DNA of 63,544 nucleotides, filler included, from Reclinomonas americana ATCC 50394 (lineage: Eukaryota), in NCBI GenBank assembly GCA_048213135.1. It is 11 parts of 11 records of this genome, joined end to end, with 100 filler letters (N's around TTAATTAATTAA, not from the genome) between each part and the next. Parts side by side here need not be neighbours in the genome. Positions count along the whole stretch, not along the records: positions 22,590 to 27,034 come from AFZH01017892.1; positions 27,135 to 42,256 come from AFZH01017893.1; 9 more parts are not named here. One strand, given 5' to 3'. Below, in pieces: positions 25,330 through 36,324 of the stretch; positions within the stretch are counted from its first letter, which is position 1, and the number at the start of each line of letters is the position of its first letter. The notes beneath the pieces are model-generated. The model worked only from the letters and a program-made list of their open reading frames with translations, did not search any database and was not told the DNA's origin. Position numbers and translations under genes: made by a program.

Positions 25330-26531
25330 TCAGTGGTGCCCATTCGTCGCCGCCACCACCGACGAGTCCACCTTGCCGCCCTTGGTGGCACGTCTTGCCT
25401 CGTCCATGGCGCTGCCGCCCGCTGCCACCCACTCGTGGTACTTCTCGTCGGTGCCAAAGATACGATCCCAAATCACAAACACCGACGAGTAGTTGCCGGC
25501 GCAGCGCAGGTGGTGGAAATCGTGGTGCGTCGGGCCGCAGTAGAGCGGGAAGAGGAACTCAAAGTTGATGGGGAACGCGTAGCCGGTGTGGCAGTGAATG
25601 GCCTCCACCTGGCGGAAGATCATCCACACCCAGATGCCGACGAGGTGACCGCCGCCGACAATGACGGGGCCCATGAAGGTGCCGACGCCGAGAATGACAA
25701 ACTCGAGCGGGTGCGCGTACGAGCTGGCCATGCCGATCGGATGGTCGAACTCGTGGTGCATGTAGTGAATGTTCTTGTACGCCTGCCACAAGACAAGGGA
25801 TAAGGGGGATCAGCAACAACATGCAGGAGATACCGCAAATCTTTCTCGACGAAAAGGTGCGCACCCACTCCGTGTGCAGCCACTTGTGTGCAAAGTAGAA
25901 CCAGCAGTCCTCCAGCAAAAAGTAAAACACCACACGCAGCAGCATCTCCGACCACGACGGCAGCGGCATGGCGACCGACACACCGCGCCATTGGAGAGTC
26001 GGATAGGCCAACACCATGAGCGGCGCCGCAATGAACGCATGATTGAAGATTAGCTTCTTCACGCACTTCCACGTCGTCGCCATGTCGACAATGCGATCCT
26101 GCAAAGGCGCACAGGCAAGAAGAGCGGGCGACATGTCAGACACACACAGCACGAGATACGAGACGAGATACGAGAGGAGATGCAGCGTGGACGCACTACA
26201 GACACGCACGCACGCTCACAAACACACGCACGCTCATGCCGACGGCTAGCAGGGGGCGGCAGCAACACACTCATCACTCCGCCATCTCTCCGCGCGCTCT
26301 CACCTTTTGAATCTTGTACTTCATGGCCCACGCCGGCTGCAGCCAGTCGAGCAGGAAGAACGGCAGCGACGCGAAAAAGTAGACCAGCACAAGGAAGCAG
26401 AGCGACACCGGCACCACCAGCTGGAACTCCGTGAATGTGCTGCTCATCCACATCCACCACCGCTCCATCGGCCCATACTCGGTGGGCACCATCGACGCAT
26501 GACCGCCGGTGAAAAGCACGCTCTCGTCCAT
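25330..26531 (-). CDS. Sterol C4-methyl oxidase (ERG25/SMO)-like; copy B
   Basis: Three exons with KYKIQK, PLPSWSE, EDCWFYFAHKWLH, IHYMHHEF, YAHPLEF, HTGYAFP, HHDFHH and GNYSSVFVIWDRIFGTD. Confidence 0.92.
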
Positions 26532-26696
26532 GGTGAGGTCGGCGAAAAAAAAAACGCAGCGAAAAAAAAAGGCGTGAGAAGAAGGTGGATTTTCATCTCG
26601 TTTTGTTGATTTGTGGAGAAAAGGTGAGGAGAAGCGCAAGTGTGTGTGTGTGAGTGTGTGTACTTGCTTGTTCTCACTGTGTGTGTGTGTGTCAGA

Positions 26697-26968
26697 ATGC
26701 CCCATTTTGTGTATGTTTTGCAGCCGGCGGCAGTGGAGCGGCGTGCGCTGTGCTATGTGGGATACACGGTGAATCCGCTGCGGCGACTGCGGCAGCACAA
26801 TGGTGAGGTGAAGTGGGGAGGTGCGCGACGCACGCGGCTGCATCGGCCGTGGCGGCATGTGTGTGTGGTGGGAGGGTTTCCGTCGCAGACGGCGGCGTTG
26901 CAGGTGAGAGGGAGTGAGGAGGATAAGGAAGGGAAAGGGAGGAGAAGGGTGAGGGAGCAAGGGACAAG

Positions 26969-27032
<64 letters not shown>

Positions 27033-28457
27033 TANNNNNNNNNNNNNNNNNNNNNNNNNNNNNNNNNNNNNNNNNNNNTTAATTAATTAANNNNNNNNNN
27101 NNNNNNNNNNNNNNNNNNNNNNNNNNNNNNNNNNACTCACATTGACAGAACGAGAGGAGACATAGAGCGAGGATGCCATGGACAAGTGAGAGAGAGATCG
27201 TCCATCATCGCCATTCATGTTCATTCATTTCGCGATGTGGGGATCACAGATGGAAAGCGCGTTGCAAAAGCCGACGCGAAGTCGACACACGCAGCGTGCG
27301 CTGGCGCAACTGCGCGGTCGACGAGGTGCGTCCTTGTGCTCTCTCTCTCTCTCTCTCCCTCTCCCTCTCCCCTCTCCCCCCTCTCAACTCCCTCCCGACA
27401 GGGTGTGGGCGACGCGGTTCGCTGCGCTTCACTCTGCGCCTGCTGCACGAGTTGCTGCACGATGTGCCGTTCACGCAGTACATGCTGACTGTGCACTATG
27501 CGCTGGGCGAGGAGGAGTGTCCCGACATGAGTGGCTGTCGCGAGGTGCCGGCGCACGTGGAGGTGTCGCGCGGCCTGGTGTCGCAGTTGTCGGTCAAGTG
27601 AGTGCGCCTTCTCTCCTTCTCCTCCCCCCCTCTCTCTCGCTCTGACGCCTCCACCAGAAACGACGACGGCGAAGAAGATGATGAGTTTGGCGACGGCATG
27701 GACGGCGACTTTGTGGAGGACGACGCGATCACGCAAGAATCGGCGGCCGGTGACGATGACGACGACTTGCGGCTGCTGGGCAAGCACATGCGCGATGCCG
27801 AGTGCATGCTGTGCGAAGTGCAGGAGGCCTCGCAGGGTGGCGAGCCGTGGGAGTGTGTGGTGTGTGAGCAGTTGCGTGCGTGCGACGGGGCGAGGCGAAA
27901 GAAAAGTTCCGCGCGACCGTGGGGCTCACGGCGCGCACAGATGCTCGGTCTCTTATCACGCCCTGTGCCTGGGTCGGGCGGCGCTTGAGCGTGCAGGCTC
28001 CATCAGCACGGCACTGATTCCGCGTCGCGTCGAGTGCGTACTGTGCGGGCAGGAGGAGGAGTGGGGTCGGTGGGTGGCCAATCGGGAGCGTCTGCTCAAG
28101 CGCCGACGAATCGGTGGCCGCTCGTCGCGGCCGCCATCGGCGTGCAGTGATTCGGTCGGGCCACTGCGCGCCCTCAGTCAGGACAACTCGCAGTCGCGGG
28201 TGCGACCGACCCAGGTGAAGGCGACCGCGAAGCCGCAGCCACCACCACCACCACCACCACCTCCGCGGCGTCGATCACCCATGTCGCTGCTCGACGACGA
28301 CGACGACGGTGGGGAGGCGGTGGAGGAGCAAAAGAGGCCCGCGGCGACGAGTAGCTCCTTTGCCGCGCTCCTCTCTCTTGACGACGACGGTGACGAGGAG
28401 GACATGGATGTGCCGCTGGCGGTGCGACTGGCGCGACGTGCGGCTGGCGCTCGGTGA
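26697..28457 (+). CDS. SLX1: Structure-specific endonuclease subunit SLX1 (GIY-YIG plus C-terminal RING-like zinc finger), spanning a gap
   Basis: FVYVL...[23 protein letters not shown]...RPW..V..V.GFPS..AALQ at the N-terminus. C-terminal CxxC..C..HxxCL...LIP...C.LC....W. Confidence 0.92.
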
Positions 28458-28495
28458 AGAAACGAAACAGGGTTTTACACGAGCATTGCGAGATC

Positions 28496-28514
28496 TCATC
28501 GGAGGAACTGGCGG

Positions 28515-28546
<32 letters not shown>

Positions 28547-30232
28547 CTCCAGGTGTGCGTCGTTCTGGTCGCCGGAGGCGCTGCTGCTGCCGTTGCCGAG
28601 GCCGTTGACCGATGACGCGGAGGCGAGGGAGGGCGCCGGATGTAGGTTTCGCGGCACGGGCGGCCGCCATTCCAGCCCGCTGGTGGCGAGCTCGCTCTTG
28701 ATGGGGCACAGCCAGGACCAGGTGTTCATGCCGAGTGTCTCCTTCAGGTTGGCCTTGACGCCGTTGGAGTAGCCGCCGTGAAAGTCGGAGCCCGTGAGAT
28801 CGCCCAAGGTCGATCGGTTGCTCTGGCGGGTTGTGAGTGAAAGAAATAAAGGATGAGAGGTGACGAGCAATGTGCGCGCGCAACAGCCAGCATCTGGAAG
28901 TGGAAAAACGCAAAGGGACCCAGTGCCAGTGCGAACATTGAGACCAGACTGCACAGCACGCGCGCAAGTGAGTGATGGCGAGGGAGAGTGAGCGAGAGCG
29001 AGAGCGAAAGAGAGAGTGACGCAACGCAAAGACGACAATAATCTGTACATTGTGCCGCGGCGTGCTGCGGTCATCGGAACCAGACTGCAGAAACGGCGAT
29101 ACCAAAGTGAGCGGGAGAGGTCTTGTCCACGCACGCAGAAGAAACCCGACTCACCAGGTATTTGATCACGCCAATCAAGTCGGGGAACATGGTCGCAAAG
29201 ACCCACACGGCGGTCAAGGCCGAGTACTGCAACGGGCTGGGGTTGGCGAAGGGAGAGAGGACACAAGCAGGCAGTGACACAGGCGAACACACCATGAGAA
29301 ACAGGAAAAAGAACTTGTGGTTTTGCAGTCCGACACAGTTGACGACCCAGGCTGTGTGTGCGAGGAGGAGTGAGCGAGCCAGGCCGGCATTCAGCAGTCA
29401 TTTTTTCCCATGCGCAACGACAGTGATGGTCCATCTGCAACACGAGGTGAGAAAGCGACTCGCTCCCCCACGAAAAAAACACAGCGAGGAGCGCAACTCG
29501 GAGCACACATCGATTGCACTCGGAGCAGTGGTGCGCCCGGAACGGTTTCGGCCGGTCACATCGTTTGCACTGCCGCAGGAGCACGTAAGACACCAACGTC
29601 AGTGGCAACGACAACGCATTCTCGCGCACGCAACCCATGGACCGCGCACTTCGCCACTGTGAGCACACGGATAGATGAGGCGAAGAAATCATATCGAAAA
29701 CCACACACGCACACATACGCACCCTTCCTCTGCGTCGGCCTCTGGGGCCCACTCGTGAGGCACTGAGACACGAGCGTGGTCAGTGCAAGAGAGAGACAAG
29801 CAAGGCGGACATCAGAGAGGGAGAGACAGACCGCCACCAGGATCCGTCCACACAGTCTGCACGTAGCTAAAGAGTCCGAGGAACGCCAGCACACCGTAGA
29901 TGGCGATGCGTGCGATCGCCCAGCCCTGTGTGCACAACAAAGAGTCAGAATGTGAGGAGGGAGAGAGAGAGTGTGTGAGCGTGTTCACCGGTGCATCATT
30001 CTCCACATAGGCCGTGTACGCCGACAGGTAGCAGTAGACGTAGGTGGCGTAGCTGCGCGATCAGTGAGCATTCTCTTTGTGTGTGCGAGTGTGAGTGTTC
30101 TCCTCGGTAAGACACCACCAACCCGTAGATGCCCGACACCAGTGGCACCATCACAAACGACCATATGGGACGGTATCTGAGGCCGCACCACCAGCGCGGA
30201 CGCACGGTTCGCGGGCCGTCCTCGCGTCGCAT
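28496..30232 (-). CDS. DHHC protein S-palmitoyltransferase
   Basis: TM segments, TDPG, CKRC..KPFRAHHCSECNR, MDHHC-PWVVNCVG..NHKFF.LF, and C-terminal G...NL.ETLG....W..P. Confidence 0.92.
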
Positions 30233-30359
30233 TCCTTCAACACACGAAGAGTCCACGAAGACGTCAGTCTGTCAATCAATGCGTGACGGGACAGCTGAAG
30301 TCTCCCTCCTCCCTCTCTCTCTCTCCTCTGATCCAGATCATAGTTTACTCAAAACACTC

Positions 30360-33300
30360 TCAATCATCCAGCTGCATTTGCCGACTGGCAGCGCTCAACC
30401 GCTGCAGCACATACTCGTGGACGCCCCTCGCTTGGTACACAAGGCAGCGACTGAAACGAGACACGAAAGGACCCAGAAGCCGCTCGACGTACCCCGACGA
30501 CCGATCACCGGCCACAGTCGGCGCGCTGCGACTACCGCGACGGCCCGTGTCATCGGCATCCCCGGCAGCCGCCGTCTCCGCAGCAATAGCGGCGGCCGCA
30601 GAGGCGCGACGGGCACTTACTGGCGCACCACCGCGGTCGCTGTCAGCGTCAACTCGCCACACGCGGACGCAGCTGTCATCGCAACAGCTGACGATCCGCG
30701 TACCTTCCGCACACACGGCCACTCCCGTAACTCGGCCGTCGTGCCCGACGAGCTGACCGCGTGGTACGAGCTCCATCACGCCATCGAAGTGCTGCTCGTC
30801 GGCGTCGATATCCTGCCACATGCGTACTGCACGGTCGTTGCCGCCCGTGACAATGCAGCGTGTGCCGTCGGCCAATGTCGCAAATTCCACGCATCGAATG
30901 GCTTCACGATGCACATGATGCGCCAGCCACCGTCGGCGTATCGTCGCTCCATCTGCGCCAGTCATTGTCCACTCGGACAAGTCGCCATTCGAGTGGCCAC
31001 ACAGCAGACGCTCCTCATCGTCTCGAGAGAGCACCAAACTCAGCACCCGGTCTTCCACTTGCTGCGCCGACACTTGCTCCCTGCGTGCCAACGACCACAC
31101 TCTCAACATCAAGTCGTCGCCGCTGCTGATCGCCGAGTCGCCACGTTGCGACACACACAGTGCGCGCACCGGTGTGTTACACATGCGAGTTGCGCCGCCC
31201 TCCTGGACTTCGATGCAGTGGTCTCCGAGCGCTGCAAGCTCAATAGTACCTGCAGCATCGATGGGGACATCAATATCGACTGCAAGTCGGCCGTCTGGAA
31301 TCTCGCCAACAGATATCGTGCCGTCCAGGCTGCCGCACACCACCAGTCGTCGTCCATCTGCGGCTTGGACGGCATGCGCACAAATGACAGCGTCAGTGGG
31401 ACCGACAAAGCGGCAGCGCTCAGTGCCGTCCTCCACCAGCCACACTCGCACTGTCCGATCACTGCTGCCGGAGACCACGAGTGCACCGTCGAAAGCGAAA
31501 GACAACGAGTTGATTTCGCCCGTGTGACCAGCCAGCTGACGGAGCAGGTCACCGTCATGTAGCGTCCAGATGGCCACTGTATTGCTGTTGACGACACCGG
31601 CCACATGCTGCAACGGTCCTTCGCCAGACATCGTCAGCGCGACGGGTACGGCATTGGTGTCCAGACGACGGCGACGGCGGCGAAGGTGTTCCGCTGTCGA
31701 CCACCGGCGCACGCTGTTATCTGTACTGCCGCCACTCACAATGAACTCGCCATCGTAGGTGGTGGTCAGTGAGGTGACTGGTCCTAGGTGCCCGTCAAGA
31801 GTACACAGCAAATCCCAGTTCTCGGTCCACACGCGAATCTTGTTGTCGACGCAACCGCCACTGAGGAGAAGGCCACCATCTCGAGTATAGGTCAGTGCCC
31901 GCACCGAACCTTGCGCCGCGTCGAACTTGGAAACCACGCCTCTTGCTGCCAGGCTAATGCGCAGTATCTCGCCGTTCTCGAAGCCGACAGCAAACACATC
32001 TGGATCTGGTCCCGGCGACAGGGCGATGCAATGTGCCGAACTCCGACGCTCGACAGGCGGCGGCAAACAGAGCAGTTCCATGGCCATGCCATCGCTGACT
32101 TGCCACACGCGAACATATCCGTTCTCGTAACCCGCGGCAACGTATCGACCCCTCGGCCACATGGCCACACACAGTACACAACCAAAGGAGTGCGGATCCT
32201 GCGATCTACGCATCTCTCTCGATTCGCACGGCAGCTTGTCAAGCGCCCAGATTCGCACAGATCCGTCGTCGCTGCCACTCACGAGAGTTGTGTCGTTCGC
32301 CGATAGCGCGATGCATCGCACTGCGCCTGTATGTCCCCTCAACAAGAACCATTCAGCGTGCGTTCCGGCCGCCGCAGTCACGTCTCTCTGGTCTGCTGTC
32401 GTACAAAAATAGCCACGGATCGTCTTATCGTTACAACCGACAATTACTCGCTGACTGTCGCCAGTGATGGCGATGGCATGAACGGCATTTCCACAGGGAA
32501 TAGCGTCAAGCTCAGCAGCATCCGCGGCCAGCCACAATCGGGCGGTGTGATCAAAGCCACCCGCCGCGACAATCCGACCATCGAAAGACGCGGCAACTGA
32601 TGTCACTCCTCGCTGGTGACCCTCGATTGGCATCGGCTGCAACTGTGCTCTATTGAAGTCACAGTAGTTCAGGTCGCTCTCGTCAATGTACGCATGGCGA
32701 ATGTTGACGCGCGCAAGGTCGCCCCGCTGCAGCCGAGTGCGATGCATGACGACATGACTGAGGTCGGCGCCACGGAGCCGCACTTCCTCCAGATCGCGCG
32801 CGCTGAATGAAATGCCGGCCGCACACAAAACGCCAGCAGCGCTAGCCGCCGCACAGACTATCGGTTCGGCATCACTCGACCTGGAGAGCTCGACAATCCG
32901 CCACACTTTCTCCTGCACGGACACATCGCGACGAATGCGATCGGCGATGAACATAATAATGGAGTCGAGTGACTGTTCAGTGCACATGTGAGCGACCATA
33001 ACATACAACAGGAACAAAAATGCGTGCGCCAAAACGCTGTTCACCTCGTCAGAGCGCGTCAGCAACCTGTCACTGAGGATGCGCTTTGGTTTTTGCAACA
33101 AATGCTGAATTACACAGTCCAGGTCTGTCGACTGGGACATCATGTCGACCACCGCGTCAACCTCCTGGAGCCACATGTCGGCAGCAAAGTACTCCAAAAA
33201 GCTCTTGTGCGTGAACTCGACCACGCACGAATCTAGATTGTACCGAGACACCCACTTCAGGAGCGCCTATTATGTTTGTTCGTCAGCAGGTGCATGAAGA

Positions 33301-35674
33301 CGCATGCTGCAATCGATAAGGTCTCACCGCACGGATGACAACGTCAGTCTTCGGTTCCTTTTGCCCGACCGTGAACCGTTCTCTCCACAGCTGATCCGCG
33401 TACTCATCATTCATCCACTTCACCAACTACACATGCAAGAAAGTAGTCATTAGACAGCGGGCAGTACACCGAAACACTTAAAACTTGACCACACAACATA
33501 AGGGTCCATTGTCGTGACACGGCGACACATGAGTTCACCAGCGAGCGAACGGCAGAATTCTCGAACTTGCAGGTCAAACTCCCCAGCACCACCTTCTACA
33601 AATTGCTGCAAACAAGAGAGATAAGTGCAGAAGAGATGACACAATACGACTATTGCAGGCACTCACCGCTGCAATGTCCGTCTCAAAGTGCTCGACTTCG
33701 TGAATAATACGCCGATCCATGAAGACACGATACAGATCGGCGCGAGTGACTCTTCGCCGCCAGTCCTCACGCGCCAGATCATCGCTGACGCGCACAATCA
33801 TTTGAAGCATGATAGGCTGCGGACCGGCAGTAATCGAGTGATTATGAAGGCAGTAACAGAGCCACCACCAATTAAGGGATTTCCATACCGATTTCGCCAG
33901 ATCAGCCAAGCCGGGAATGCGATTGATCTGCTGCTGACGACGATCGTGCATCAGCCGGTCTTCGTGGTGCTGCTCGCAATACCTGGTCCAATACGACAAC
34001 TATTGGCCACCACTTCCTTTCAACAAGAAGTCGACAGCACAGCAACAACGCAACTCGAGCAGAAACCGTCCAACGTCTGTAAAGGAGAATGGACGAAGAG
34101 CACAAGTGAGAAGAAGTGTCTTGTCTCGGGCCGCGGCGTCAATCTCAGTTGCTGGAGTCAACGCCACATCCAAAGGATCAAACCGGCTTGTCCACTGCCG
34201 ACCAAGACGACTGATGAATTCACGGCGGACAGAGACGATGAGCCGCAAATTTGGGAAGTTCTGGATCGCACGCACAGATGAGTAAGAATCCTGCGCCGGC
34301 AGGTCAGAATGTCGGCGTCGCTCTGAACGCACCTCCAAATTGTGGAAACGATAAAGGTTGTCCGGCACCGGGCACTCGTCGAAGCCGTCCAGAATCAGCA
34401 CAATCCGCTGACACTCGGACAACTACGCTCGGAACCGATTCACAGCTGTTAGAAATATCGATTCTCGCTCACGTGCATTGAGCAGCGCAAGCACGCACAT
34501 CTTCGCACTCGAGCCTCAGTCGCCGATCCACATCGCGAGTCGCACACTCCAGCATATGCGGCACCAAGCGACCTCGTGTGTGAAGCACATCTTGCGGAAG
34601 GACACACAGTCGCTCTCGCAAGACCAACATGTTGGTGTTCTTTTCCGGATCGGTAAAGCGCTTGTACATCTTGCTCAAGAGCGTGGATTTGCCAGCACCC
34701 GACCAGCCCACCACCACAGCCACCTGTGTGTCGAAATGCGCATCATGAGTAACACCACACACAAGAACACATATAAACTTTGCGGAGTACGCACGCGATC
34801 AGTTGGCCTCTGACCACTGTCTTCGACAAATCGCGAAAGGAGCTCATCTGCAAGCGTGTATTCGGCGTCAAGTTTATCAGCCTCGTCAACCGATTCGTTG
34901 GCGAATACGTCGATCTGTGTCACACACGACGACGCAAGCAGCATGGTTCAGCACAAACGCGCAGCATGCCTCCGCGCACACAGCGATACGTGTACACCGA
35001 ACCAGTGTTTCCTGCTCTTGCTGCACGCTGGCCACTTCCTGTTCGGCATTCACGCGAAGGCGGACTTGCACTGCGCGAATGGCAGCAAGCTTCTCTGCCA
35101 AAGATACCACCGAGGCCACGAGCCACACATTGCCGGCAGCCTGCACAGCATGACCACGGCAGGTGAGAAGAAGATGCTTGCCCAACGCTGCAGCACAACG
35201 TGCGTATGTCACGCACCAACAGGTCTTGAATCTCAAACAGCTGGTCCGGCTTCATGTCAGCATCAAAGCCGTCCACGATCAGCACAATGCATCGAGTGAA
35301 GCGCGCATTTCCTCGCACTCCCGCCAAAGTGGGACACAGTTCTTGCTTCAGCAGCTTCTGCCCTCGCGGCAAGAGACTGTTGATGCAGTCTAACACATAC
35401 AAAAGCAGCTGGTGTCGCTCGCCGAGGTTTCTGATGTGCGACAGTCGCTCTCGAAAAACAATTGTGTCGACGCTCTCGAATGGCGGCTTCCTTCCTTGCC
35501 GTCGACGCTCGCGAGAGCTCAGCTGCTGAAACTCAATGCTCTCCGTCACGAGCTTTAAGTACAAATGGTCCAGCAATAGAGATTCACCACCATCGGGCCA
35601 GGGCGGGGACACAATCAGCTGTGGCACGCACAGCCAGGCAATGAAGTGAGCTCGAGATATGCGCACCTCCAGAC

Positions 35675-35719
<45 letters not shown>

Positions 35720-36100
35720 CGCACGCACACACACAAAATCGCTCACTACACTCTGTCACACAAACACACCCTGTCGGCTATCGTTGCGTCAGCAGCAGGG
35801 ACTGTGCTGGCTTGTACCAGGCGAGTGCGAAGTGCATCTACTGCGGCAGCAAGAGGAGTGCCCAGATCCTACACGAGAAAAAAGAAGTGAGTCACAAAAT
35901 GCATGCAATTTCACGAGGCTGGAATGCCAAGACAAAACACGTACCAGGGGTTGTCGCTGCTCTGGCGTCAGGAAAGCGAACTGCCTTTTGCGTACCGTGG
36001 TCAGCTGCCTGGAAAATGACGAGCCACCACCGCAAAGGCGTACGCGTGTTCGAAAATGTGAGCGAGTCGACATGCACATTTTCCCTGTCGGCTGCTGCGC
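30360..36100 (-). CDS. NLR-like STAND module B: pseudo-NACHT + NACHT + pentapeptide repeats + WD40
   Basis: Walker A VVVGWSGAGKST (~34685-34717), Walker B IVLILDGFDE, LIVSVR, P.ML, FTHKSFLEYFAA and pentapeptide DLEEVRLRGADLS. Many GH..V...A.S.DG...SG..D..VR.W repeats lie in a single ~2.9 kb exon ending at 30360. The 5' boundary is uncertain and the module could be fused to module A. Confidence 0.82.
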
Positions 36101-36324
36101 GTGTTGCAGCGCGTAAGTGGCAGGCACAGAGTGCACAAGAAAATCTAGAAACAGCACCTTAAAGAAATGTGCACTGTAGGTGCGCTCACGACGACAACAA
36201 AAAAGTTGTGGAAGCGGACAAGATCGAGTTCGGTTCCGCACTGTCGTGTTTGTCGCGTCTGACAACGGCGTGCACTTCACTAATGTCAGGCTCATTGCAC
36301 TCGGCCGAGTCCCCGAGAGGGCCC

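Noticed and set aside
30129..31562. 477-aa plus-strand ORF
   Set aside because: It is the antisense shadow of the GC-rich WD40 exon and has no recognisable motifs.
33980..34060. Apparent stop or frameshift in NACHT module B
   Set aside because: It is resolved by a GTTGCG..CCAG intron giving FLLE-YCEQ, parallel to FLEQY in module A.
35150..35225. Apparent frameshift in the pseudo-NACHT
   Set aside because: It is resolved by a GTGCGT..TGCAG intron giving QDLL-AAGNVWLVASV.
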